64,000 nucleotides of DNA, from NCBI GenBank assembly GCA_964106915.2, contig OZ066926.1; one strand, written 5' to 3'. Numbering within the stretch: position 1 is the stretch's first letter; each line of letters opens with the position of its first letter. Under the pieces are notes generated by a model, which worked only from the letters and a program-made list of their open reading frames with translations, was not told the DNA's origin and did no database searches. This DNA is from Podarcis gaigeae. Taxonomy: Eukaryota. A program made the translations under genes and the position numbers. Below, one piece after another: positions 13,301 through 26,100 of the stretch.

Positions 13301-16300
13301 TACCAGGCTCCTGGTGGGGGACTCTGAGGTGCTGCTGAAGCTGGAGCGATTCATGTAGGCCAGTGATGTGCCATAGCGCAGGGTCTCGTAAATGGGGTCC
13401 ACCTTTCCACTGGGGCCTGCTGGTGAAGGGAAGACCACTTCAGAGCTGGATTCTCAAAGCGGGAGGCAGGGGCAATGGCAGATGCCTCATATCAAGTCAG
13501 TCTACCCCACTATTCTGAGTTTATCTGTCTGCTCCCACCCTCTCTTTCACACACCAGAATTTGTAAACTGCAAAACTGCAGGGTTCAGATCTTTCTATAG
13601 ACCCACTCTGTCCTGCTCGCCCTAATCCCAAATTCATGGGGAAGAGGTAGTTTCATCTTGTGGGGGTGGGTGGGTAAAGTTCTCTGCATTATATCAACAC
13701 TGGAAGGCTAGGACTCAACCTTTAAAATAATTTGAGGCTCAGCTAAAGCAGCTTGACCCAATTTTACTTATTTAACAACACGGCGGCTTTGCAGGATTGC
13801 TCATGGTCAAGAACATCTCCACCAACCAAGACTTATTAACTCCCCACTTTCAAGCTGCACCCACAAAAGGGTAGAGTTGGCTTCCATGAATCCCAAAGTA
13901 TCCCACTGCCTCTATAAATCGCAACAGCCTGAAAGTCAAAACAACTTCCCTTCCTTGTCCCCACCTCCAGAAGTGACCTAATAACAGAAGCATAACTTCT
14001 TCCTACTGTTGTGTATCTAGGAAGCCTCAAATCCAAAAGACTGTCTTTCCCCAAAGGCTGAGCTTCTGTCAGTCTTTTGTTTTGTTCTACAAGTCCATTT
14101 CCCACCAGCCCTCTGTGGACCAGTCCACTCCTACCTGTAGGGGGAGACTCCTTGGGGGCAGCTGGCGGGGGCTGCGGCTCATGCACCAGCATCGGGGAGC
14201 TGAGATTGCGTCGGAAAGAGGTTGCCTGCTGAGGAGCAGAAGTGGGAAGAATGTGAGCGGATTCTGTGAATATACCAGACTGTGGGCACATTCTGCCTTC
14301 CATGAGCGGAGGGGGTTAGGCAAGGCAGATAGTGAACCATTTTGCCCTATTGGCTATTAGTAGCCTGCAAACCATGTGACTTTTCCAGCATCCAGCAGCT
14401 CAAACAGAGAGAGTGCAAGGCTAGATGAAGGGCCATACAGAACTCTGCACATGAGCTGTCCAAAATGGGGATTTCCCGGTTTCGCACTATCCGCTCCCAG
14501 AAGCTGGTCTGTGGAGTCCTCCAGCAGTAGGCTACTCGCCCAAGCAGGCTATTCGCTGCTGTGAACTCCTCAGTGCGCATGAGAGCTACGAGAAGTTGAG
14601 AAATGGGAGCAGGCTCTAAGTTGACAGCAAATCTGCAGTTGCTGTGTGGATAGCTCAGTTGGCAGAAGATGGTGCAGGTTTGATCCCTGTATGGGACAGC
14701 TGCATATTCCTGCATTGCAGGGGGTTGTCCTAGGTAATCCTCAAGGTCCCTTCTAACTCTACAATTGTATTATTCAAATGCCAAAGCGATACTGAAGCTT
14801 CCTTGCCTTGCCTTCTTTTTGTGGCAATTGCTAAGCCACACAGTGTGGGGCCTTGTGCCTTGTCTTGATTGATGGGTTAGGTCACAAAGCGAGTGCAGTG
14901 CTTCTTCTCCCTTCAGCGGGGCTGACGAGGCAGCTCAGAAGCTGTGGCTCTCTCTGTCTCTTTCCATTGGGTGCTGACTCGTGCAAGCCACTTACCGTCT
15001 TGCCAGGACACTGCTGGTGGGAAACCTCTTCTGAACACCACAAATGAACACTGGCTTTGCATGTCTTGCATCGGAGGCCTTGCTTGGAGTTTCCTGTGAG
15101 GCAAAAAAACACAGAGAGATATTTTGGTGTAGGAATGATCGCTGGGCAGCCCGCGGGCAGCCTCAGTTGTCTACACGCATGACCTTGGGGTGCGGCGCAC
15201 ACTTCCCCCCACAGATAAAGCCACAGTTGTCTGAACATCTTGCCCTCTATCTAACCCTTTGCTCTCTTAGTGGTTTGCTATGCCCTGTCTGTGACCTTTG
15301 TCGGCTTTGTCATACATTGTGCAAGGGGAAAATGACGTGGTGGAAACAGGTGCCAAAATAATCTTGTACCACCCCACAATCTCGGGATTAGAAGATGTGT
15401 AAAAGTCACAGTCCAAATGTTTCTCGTTTTGCATATTGTGCCAATAAAAGGAGCTTCCGCAGAGCTAGCTGGCAGCTTGCTTGTGCACAGCTCACCTGCG
15501 TTACCAACTCCTGCCTCATGTCCTTCCCTTCATTTTGGGTCCTTATGGAGGGTAAGGGGCTTGGGCTAGATGACCCTCCAGGTCCCTTGTACAATTCTGT
15601 GGCTATCAGCGGATATGAGTCCTCATGACTCACAACGGCTATATACTGTACCTTCAGGATCAGAGGCACCATGTCTCTGAATGCCAGTTGCTGGCGGAGA
15701 ACAGAGGAAGGGGATTTTGCGCTCATGCTCTGCTCATGGGTTTCCCAGAAGCAGCTGGCTGGTCCCTGTGGGATGCTAGACTAGGTGGTCCTTTGGTCTG
15801 ATCCAATAGGGATCTTCTTACGTTCACAAGGTCCTGTGCAGGTGGTGTGTGTATGTGTGTGTAATATGAACTGGGGAGAGAAAATTTCCACAAGAAAGGA
15901 GACAAAGGGAGGAAGGAGCATAGCTCAGTGGTGCAGCACATGTTCTGCATGCAGAAGACCCCAAGTTGAATCCCAGGCAGGCCTGGAAGAAACCCTGGAG
16001 AGCTGCTGTCAGCTGTTGCCAAAACATCTGGGCTTAGATGGGCCAATGGTCTGGGGTGGTATAATGCGGCTTCCCAGGATCCCAATTAGCCAGGCGCTGG
16101 GCGCATTTTGCGTCTGGGAATTGTCAGAATGCGAGCACTTTGAGAAGTCTGGCTGCCATGTACGACGACTGAGACTCAAGAATAAAACTGCCGCTGCTGG
16201 TGCTGAAGGCACAGTTGGAGAACCGCCTTCCCTCATGACTCCAATGTAGGATCGCTGCTGCACAGCAAAGTGCCGCTTCCCTGGCCACAGCCCAAGACAC

Positions 16301-16932
16301 CATTGTAAAAAGGGACTAAATGGCAGCTAGACTTTCTATTTTTGCACCCGTAACCCAGGAGACGAACAGCTTTTCTATCCTCATTCTAACACTGCCTGAT
16401 AGAAAGCACCACCTATTGTACAGAGAGATGCAGCTGTTTCCCACACTTCGCTTCCTCCTGCAATAAGATGCTTCGATGTTAACCAGGTCAGTTTCTTTGT
16501 GAGAACTGGAGGCGTTTTTGAAATATCTGCTCATTTACAAACAGAGATGTCGAGGAACTGGCAGGAGGCGGCAGGCACCTATATAATATGCAGAAAGCAA
16601 ACGGCATGGCCACCACCGAGCCCCTCCTGCCCCAATTCCCCCTCTAGCAGCTTCTCGCCAGCCAGCTGCAGAATCTGGGATGTCTCCTTCGCTGGCTGCA
16701 TCCCAGCTGCGAAAGCCTCCACTCACAAACAGATGAGTTACGCTAGCAGCCGGCAGCCATTGAGGCTCATTTGCGCCAGCATCTTCCAGCGTCAAATAAC
16801 TAATGCTTATTAAGGATGCAAAAGCTAGGGCCGAAAAGGTCATCTCCACATCTAGCCATAATGCAACATTTGAAGACAGCCATGGATGCCGGTGGTAAAG
16901 GGCAGAAGAGAAAGATGACAAGAGTCGAGGGT

Positions 16933-16975
<43 letters not shown>

Positions 16976-19900
16976 TAGACGCACATGCATTAGCCAGAAC
17001 TGCAAAGCGCGAGTCAGGACCCGAGAGCAAGAGGCCTTCAAAATACGTACCTACGATAAGCTGGTGGCAGATTTCGCAAGGGTTGTGCTTCTTGAAGATG
17101 TACTCTTGGAAGCTGTGGGTCTTAATGGGCTTGAGGGGGGCCAGAGCCCTGGGGGTCGCTCTGGGAGAGTGCTCTGCCTCCGTGAGGGCCGGCGGCGGAG
17201 ACGGAGGCGGCAGGGAATCTGGGGGGCTGAGGAGCACGTCGGAGGGGAGCTTGAACTCGCTGTTGGAGCGCAGGAAGAAGTTCTCGACGCTCTTGCTCCG
17301 CAGGATGGTTTTGAGAGAGAGGGAGCGTTTGAAACGCTGCAGCTAAAGGACGGGTGAGAGAGAGGGTGGGGAAAAGAGGAAAAAATAAGAAAAGCTATGT
17401 TTTGCAGGGAGGGGGAGTTTTCACACAAGTAGAAAGTTTGCCAAGCTTTCTCTGGGCCGTTACTGGACCTCCCAAGCCTTGAGAACAAACAACTGTGCTG
17501 GGAAACAACTATGAAAAGTGCTCAAAATGTGTAATATATTCATTTTAAAAATTGATTTAAAAGCCGTTTCTAACCTGCTTAATACTAAAAAAGCTCTCTA
17601 AGCAGTATGTACTAATACAAGACAAAAGCACCATGGAAACAGATACAAACAAAAAGAAAGTATTATAAAAACAAACTTTCAGTAATAACAGGGGGAGTCT
17701 CTCATCTTGCACTGGGATGCGGATGGCACTGTGGGTTAAAACACAGAGCCTAGAACTTGCCAATCAAAAGGTCGGTAGTTCAAATCCCCGCGACAGGGTG
17801 AGCTCCCGTTTTTGGTCCCCGCTCCTGCCAACCTAGCAGTTCGAAAGCATGAAGTGCAAGTAGATAAATAGGTACCGCTCTGGTGGGAAGGTAAATGGCG
17901 TTTCCGTGCGCTGCTCTGGTTCAGCAGAAGCGGCTTAGTCATGCTTGCCACATGACCCAAAAGCTGTACGCCGGCTCCCTCGGCCAATAAAGCGAGACGA
18001 GCACCACAACCCCAGAGTTGGCCACGACTGGACCTAATGGTCAGGGGTCCCTTTACCTTTTATCTCATCTTGCAGGTCAGGGAAAGCACATGCGAAAAAG
18101 GGGTCTGAAGCCAGCAGATGTATGAGGTTTCATATATGGCAGAGGGAAGGAAATTCAAGTGGGAAGGGGCAAAATACCTAATAAAAACAAAAACAACCCA
18201 ATAGCCCCCCCATTTTAAAAGGGCATAGGATGTAAATCGGATCAACTAAAAGCCTGGTTAAAAAGGAACGTTTTTGCCTGGTGCCTAAAGGTGTAAAATG
18301 AAGGCGCCAGGCGAACTTCTCTGGGGAGAGCATTCCACAGACGGGGAGCTACTGCAGAGAAGGCCCTCATGTTGCTACCCTCTGGACCTCTTGAGCAGCA
18401 GGCACATGAAGAAGGGCCTCAGAATATGATCTCAGGGTCTGGGTAGGTTCATATGGAAAGAGGTGGTCCTAGCTCTGTAGTCCTTACAATATGCCTAACA
18501 AAAATTACCAGCAAACACCCATCGTATTTCTCAAAACTGAGGCTCAGAGGCAACTGTTCAGTGCCGCTCGGTGGATTTATAGCTGGGCTGACATTTGAAC
18601 TGTGGATGCCTTGACTTATATTGTGACAAAGGTGCCAGCTTGAATAAAATGTATGTGAATGAAAATATCAAATGCTGTGGAACAGTGCTCATGTATTATT
18701 GTAGTCGTTTGATCTTTTCGTTCACATACATTTATTTGAAATAAGATGGGCTTATGAAGCAATTCTACATCTTCCCACTTCCCACAGCTTGTCTTTCATC
18801 GTACAAAGTCTGGTACCTCGCTTCATTTAAAGATTTTCAGAGACTTTGAGACTAAAGATTTCATTTTGGACTTGTTATGGTTTGAAGGAATTCTATAAAA
18901 GATGGTCTATTGCGTATGTACATGGTCATCGTGTTGCCTAGACATTGCTGATGTTCTCTTTGCAACATAGGGGTTTGTTTCATCAATACATGTGGCAGTT
19001 TAACCCTGTTCAAACTAGATGAGAATCAGGAGACACGTGTCCTGGATTTACAAAAAATACCCCGTTATGAAGGTCTCCAAATTAGATTGTAGGGAGGAAG
19101 GGGCAGGGGGAGTCAAAGGCAAGAAAGCAGGGGGATACTTAACCCTGCAGGCCATCTCTCTCCTAAAAGCCATCCTTCTCCCTACGCCGCTTTTCTTTTT
19201 TCGACCACCATGGAAAGGCGAAGGCAGTTAACTTGCTTCAAGAAGGATTTTGTATGCTTTTCCTGCCTGCCTCGGCACGGCAATAATAAAGCAAGGAAGA
19301 CACAGACAAGAGACAACAATTAAGCACACTCAGGGCAGTTTGTGGGCCTGGAGGAACAGGCCAGCTCATCGCAGCAACAGCCCGTTGCTTATTGCTGTGG
19401 GCAGGAGTTCCGACACAGATGCTGCAATGTCTGGGCTCTGGCGCACTCCACGCGCTCTGCTTTTTCTCATCATCTATTCCCAACCAGTAATGGCAGATCA
19501 GCCAGCAAGTTGACTCAGCTAAGTCTGTTACACAACAGCTGGCTAATGGCTGTGCTGGAGTCCAGGGCTGGCAAAAAGGTAACAGAAGGTATCTTGGTTA
19601 TATTGCCACCTCATGTTGAGCAAAGGACATGCCCAATCCGGAAGCCCAGCACTCATTTTTCAGTGCGTAGGTATTAATAGTGCTGAACCCAGAATCAAAG
19701 CTATTAGCTTCATCCCACACTTCCGTGGTTTGGGAAAGGGCCATCGCTCAGGGTAGAGCATCTTGTTTTGCATGCAGGAGGGTCCCAGGTTCTCTCCCTG
19801 GCGTCTCTAGAAAAGACTGCAGCTGCTGACCAGTGCAGACAACACTGAGGTTGATGTGCTAGTGGTCTGACTCAGTATATTCCTATGTAACTGCTTAGCA

Positions 19901-20082
19901 CCATTAAGCAGTTTACAGTCTTCATTGATAATATGTAAGCTGTCCCACTGTGGCAGGGTCACTACTGTTATGCTCATTTTAAACCATTTATTTTGTCCTT
20001 TTATCCAGTGTTTTCATCTTGTGAACCACTCTGAGATCTTTGGTAGAAGGGCAGTATAGGAATGTAATAAATAAATAAATAA

Positions 20083-20130
<48 letters not shown>

Positions 20131-23100
20131 TTACAGACTGGGGAAAGAGCCCAAGATGGAAGAGTGTGCCCCTGGCTGTGCAAGAAACCCATGGCAGAGG
20201 TAGGATTTGAACTCAGACCCAAGTCCAGATTTCTCCCCAGTGATCCATGCAGCTGCTGGTGCTGCTGATTTATTGCCAATCTAATGGCATATGCCTTGCA
20301 TCTAAAAGGAGGGGAGGGAGGGAGGAATAAAACAGAGTGGCAATAGTTGTGCCAGGAAGGAAAAGTTAGCTGATTAGCTGCCGACAACGCAGGAAAAGAA
20401 GCATTAAGGAAGGCTGGCAATTAGATGGCAGCTTAGCAGGAGTATTTTTTAGGGTCGGGAACCAGCTGAGTGAACAGAGCTGCGAAAGGGAAAGCAAGTT
20501 TCGAGAGGGAGGGAGGCTGCCCCAGCTGCAAGGTGCTTCATTACGCCCTAGAAGCCAAGACGCCTGGTGGGGCAGAAGAGGTGGGGCTCCCCAGCACCTG
20601 CTGCCCTCCTCTGCGGCTCAGGGCCATGCAGAGGGGTCTGGCAGATGGGAGACAGCTGCACGCAGCCCAGAAAGCGGTTTGCAGCGCAAGGCTGGAGTGC
20701 AAAGGCAGGTCGGAATCTCGCAGGGAACTTTGGCTGAATGTTGTTGACGCTGCTGCTGCTGCTGCTTCCGCCGCCACCACCAGCAGCCAAACTAAACACT
20801 TTCCTGCCGTGGGCACAAATCCTAGGGACTTTAGCTCCTTTTTGGAATGGTGGGAAAGGAGTTGCGTCGATGGGGGAGGGAGCAGAATTACCTCCACACT
20901 TCATGTTATCCTAAGGGGCCCGAGGGTGAGAAGAAGAAAGGCACCCCCCCAAGCAGGTTTGCCTGCAGCCTTCTGGAATGATGTAGCCCCAGGCAAGTGC
21001 CTACACTGCTTAATGGGTTAGGCTGGCCCTGGAGACAGACCCAGCATGGGGGGGGGGGGGAGAGCGCAGAGCGCTGCTGCATTTATATACCAGATAACTG
21101 CTTAGCTGCTCCAGGCTCCTTTTCCAGCTTCTGTCCCAGAGGGGGGAAAATCCATTTGCTACATAAACTGGCCACCATCCAAGCGCACATAACATCTTCT
21201 CCAGTTTCACTCCTTTAAAAACAAGAGAAGCCCCCAAAACTGTTTCTATAGCAATGGAAATGTGCAAAGCACTTAAAAAATCTGCGTGAGAAGGAATCCT
21301 GTGAAAACAGGGTGTCACTATTATCAGGGCCGTGTGTGCGTGCGTTGCACTAGAGAAATATGAAACATTGGCTTGGATTCGGTTACCTGTATAAATTCTA
21401 TATCTGTTTGATTCTTTTAAATGTATCGTTCTGCAGTGCTCACTCTGATTTGCTAGTGACAAGACGACCTGCCCCTGATGCAGCCACTTCTCTGACTTTG
21501 GAGATTTCAACTGGTATTGCCAATACAAAGTGCATTTTCACAATCATAAGGGCTATTTAATAATAATAATAAGGTTGGAGTTTGCACCCGGTACCGAACT
21601 CTGCACCTATTCTGATCTCCGATGGAATTGAAACATACACACGGATTGATTTTTATTCCTGTTTTACGAATGGGCCACTGAGGCTGCAAAATCGTTATGG
21701 CTTGCCAGTAGCTACATGCTGTGGGTGGTCTGAAAAGTCACAGCAAGCCTGCAGGGTCTCTTAACTTCTGTTTAGTCCAGAGTCTTGCAAAATACAGAGA
21801 CATTCAAACAAGCAGGGCAGGGAGACGGTGCCTTGCTTCAGTATGCAACTGAACGATAACATCACTTATTACAGTCAGGGGCACGATGAACCAAGTGGCA
21901 GCTAAACCACAACTGATTCTTTGAAACAATCCAAAGCCTTTTGCAGATGTAGGACTTGAACCCAGGAGGGTTTGGCACCTGGCTTGCCTGGAGCACAGCC
22001 TATTATGTCATGGCCCATATCAAGATGCTGCTCTTGAAAAATGGTAATGATGACAGTGCCCTTAAGCATGTGCAGAGTGTAACTTCCAAACCACTGAGTA
22101 TCAATCCTGAATAACTGCTACAGAATAAATATGGAGACAATAGTGTTGGTGTTGTTGCTGCTGTTGCTGTTTAAGAGAGCCAGAAGCGTTTGAGAAATCA
22201 CATCCCAGGAAATTGCAGCCCCAAGCCTGAGCCAGCAGCAAAAGCAGGATGGGCGTGCAACAAATCCCTTTCAAACCATATTTGTTTAAAAAACAAAGTT
22301 TGATTGGGAAGATCAAGCCCCCAAAAGGGATTGCACACAACCAACACAGGTTTAAAGCCTGCATGCAACTCTGGTTCTGGGATGTCTTTGAGAACGAGGC
22401 ACTCCGCACCTCCTAAGAGGCACTATTTTTATTGCTGCTTTGCGTGGCTTTCAAAGCAGGCCGTGGGACTGAGCCCTGAAACCCAGTATGCGAAAACAGG
22501 AGAGCAATGAAGGTACAGAGAAGCATAAAGCACTGGGGAAGGAGTGGTGGGGGGTCAAGGTGAGAGAGAAGGGGAGAGAGTGCCTGCTCACCATACCGGG
22601 GCTGCCTTTCTGCTGCATCAGCAGGGGACCCAGTTGGCTCTGCAGCCTGAGCTTAAAAGCTTTCAGCTCCACTTATGGCTGATGAGCCGGGCCCATTGGA
22701 GCGAGAGCGAGAGCGCTAGAGAAAAAGAGACACCGCCACCATGCTCCCAAGCCGGGCACGGCTAATGGAAGCCGCAACACCTCACATGGTCCCAGGGAGC
22801 AGCAGCTCCGGCCGGCTGAGCGACAAGGGCGTTTGCAAAAGGTGGCTGGGAGCTGGTTGCTGGGCCTGAAATGCACCTTGGTGCTTTCCTCACGAGCATG
22901 TGGGCTGCAAGGAGCCCAGCCTGCCAATGGGCCAGACTCTGAGACATGGCTATTTGTACTTTTTAACCTTCGCCATTTGCCAAGTGCTGTACAGAACAGG
23001 GGCATAGCGGGGGTTGCTGGGGCGATGGCTCTGGGTGCATTTTCCCGGGGGTGGGGGGTGGGAGAGACACTGCACATTTGGCTCCTCATGCCGCCTTATG

Positions 23101-26100
23101 AGCCACGAGCCACTTTGCGAGGCTGAGATGATACATGGGCCATGTCGGCCAGCCAGGCGGGTACCTGACCCTGCTTGACTTAGGTGAGGGAGGGTCCCTC
23201 TGGCATCAGCAAGGGCTGGGCTGGCACAGTGGACTCCAATCACCCTCTGCGCCCCACGTCGGGCACCAGCAGATCACGCTACACCACTGGCACAAAGCAC
23301 AGAGAAATGGAATTGTTCCTTGCTGAAGGACTTACAAATCTATATTAGGCAGAAAAGGAGAAGGTTAAGAGAGAGGACAGGGTTGGTGTCAGGCAACTTG
23401 TGGCCCATGGTCTAATTTAAGGTTACCAGACATCCCCGTTTCCTGGGGACAGTCCCCGGATTTACACATCAGTCCCCATACAAAATCCATTGAAGTTGAA
23501 AAGTGTCCCCAGATTCATTGAAAAAAAATCTGGTAACCTTAGTAATTGCATGTAGCCTTCCAGAAGCTATGGGATCTCTCTTGCTCTCCAGAGTTGCTGC
23601 AATGTGTGAACTCCACCCACTTTGGTTCTAGCTCCACCCACTTTTGGTGCTGCTCCGCCCATGGGCATAGCCAGGGTTTTTGTTGGGGGGGGGGAGCAGA
23701 ACCTCAGTTTGTATGTATTTTCATTGATTGGAGGAGCAGCTGCCCCTCCTTGCCCTACCTTGGCTACGGCCATGGCTCTGCCCACCCTCAGCTGATCTCC
23801 CCTAAGGTGTCGGAAGAAAAATCCCCCACTCCCAATGTAGGGAGCCTCGGGCCACAGCAAAGATGCAGGCAAGGTGAGCTCTGCCACACCTCCCTGTCCA
23901 ACTGTACCTTTAAGAATGCTGCTCCTTTGCGCATTAACTTATGGAACTCCCTGCTGCAAGAAATATAGGCAGCCAGGTCTATCCATGGCTATTCCCCACA
24001 ATGGAGGGGGGGGCAACAGGACATTCCTGGATGAAATCAGAAGCTGGGAAGGCTTCTATAAATCCATGAATATGACGGGTCTGTTCTTTGTGGGAAGCCA
24101 TGTTCATTGAAAGCACCGTACTGCGTGGATGTGCAACCACAGGGTGGGGAAAAGCAAAGAGGCTTCAGCATAAAGGTCTGGAAACTTGAATAAGCCGTGA
24201 AAAAGTTACCTCTTGAATCTCTTTTCAAGGCTGCACCCTGGAATGCACAGATAGCGACGGAGGGAGCAGCAGCGCCAGGTATGTCCACAGCCTCTCTTTC
24301 TCCCCACTGGGAAGACATACACCACAGATTTAATGCACGTGACTTCCCCCAAAGGACCCTGGGAACTAATCTGAAGGATGCTGGGAAGACTGTGACAGGA
24401 AAACTGCAGTTTGCAGAATTCTTTCTCTGTGTGTGGGGTGGGGTGGGGTGGGGAGTAATGTACTTTAAATGCGCTTTTGGGGCGTGTTTTAAATGTATGT
24501 TGCGGATCTGTCCATCTGAAACAGAGTGCCAGCCCCCACACATATAAGACTATAAGGCTAATGTTTCTGGCATCGGTGCCTTTCATTTATAAAACAAAGC
24601 ACCAGCTGGAGACATGCTCCGACTTTGTGGAAAAGCTGAAAAGAGGCCCAGCTTCAAAGCCTGGATTCAATCCCATGTGTTCTGTTCCAAAGAAAAGAGC
24701 TCTGCAAAGGATACACCGCTCAGCTCCCACTCTTCAGAAACATCACACGCCCTCTCCTTGCACAGGGAAGGCAGATCAAGGTCGCCTCTGTACAACCCCT
24801 TTTTTTCCAGCATACATCCCGATTGGCTTGCAGGTAAGTTCTCCGACGTCTGCTCTTTATTGAGCACTCATTTTGATTCCCACCTGCTCCAACCAGGAGG
24901 CTATACAATGCATTCAGAAAATGATATTGCCACAAATTTTGTGTGTGTTTCCTCATCACTTTCCTTACTGCACAAGGCCCAACCGTGCAACCTGAATTTG
25001 CCAGGATGCAAATTTACATCGCACCTCCAAAAAAACAGCAGCATTCTGTGTGATTGTAGAGCTATAGTGACACTCCTTTGCTGTCAAGGACTTGCTCTGA
25101 GTCAATTGACCTGGGCAGTTCCTTAGGCTTTTAGTTTCAGTTCTTGCAGAGGGTGTTAAGAGGTTTTTCTGAATAAAACTCTTTCTTAAAAAAACTATTC
25201 CCCATTCTTGGTGCCTGTTATCGGACACAAACATTACAGTCTGGAAGCAGCTGCTAAGTCCGTCAGCTGTTTAGACAGGGGGAACTATAGCCTCTTGGGC
25301 AGAAGCAAGAGAAAGGTTCGGCTGTGTACACACCATACATTCCCCACCCCAATAACCCTGGAAACCATAGTTTGCCTCTCACAGAGCTCCAATTCCCAGA
25401 ATCCTTGACAAACTACACTTCACATGATTCTCTGGGGTATGCTTGCGTACTTTAAAAGCACACAGCCTTGAAGGTTTTCCTCCAGACGTATGGTTGCCAG
25501 AGAAAAGCTACCAGTAAGTGAAAAAGCACAAGGTGGAATTTGAGGAATGGAACATGACTGGAAGCCACCATGAGGACTAGAAACTTGTCCCCCCCCCCAA
25601 AAAAAAGAAACATCACACAGCACTAGACCCTAGGATCTGGCAGAAGAGACTGTATGCTGCACAGAACTGAAACCTATTGGTGGGGAGTAATATGGGCAAA
25701 CTGGCCTCCCCCACACCATCCCTAGGACTGGCACAAATTTACTTCTGTTGAGGTGGGGGCACTCCTGCCTTTCACCCAGCACCCACATTATGCATGTCTA
25801 AGCTCAGGACAAGAAAACAGCTTCCCTGCTCCTGCTTCAGCTTCCTAAACAAGAGGCGCTGCCATTTCTCCCTTATTCACCCTCTGCAACGATCCTAGGA
25901 TCCTGCCAAGGCACAGCTAAAAAACCTAATATTTCTTGACGTATGGCTCCAGCCCCTACGAGCTATTTTTAACCCAGCTGCTGTGAAAACAGCTTGGCAT
26001 ATAAAAGTCTCATGGGAGATTCAGCTCCCACCCTTTCAAAACATATAAAAAAAGCCTCCTCCCCCATATTTATGAAACCATATACAATGTTTAACTTCCT

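Noticed and set aside
15918-15982. tRNA-like sequences (also at 5173, 14648, 19738, 57010)
   Set aside because: Stems are broken and each continues into a SINE body; not functional tRNA genes.
16535-17488. Stack of 140-180 aa ORFs on both strands
   Set aside because: Shadow frames of GC-rich exon 2 extended by the (GT)n repeat.
18900-18995. Minus-strand TCIDE...MYIRNRP resembling piggyBac transposase
   Set aside because: Short, frameshifted, and lacks flanking motifs or TTAA ends.
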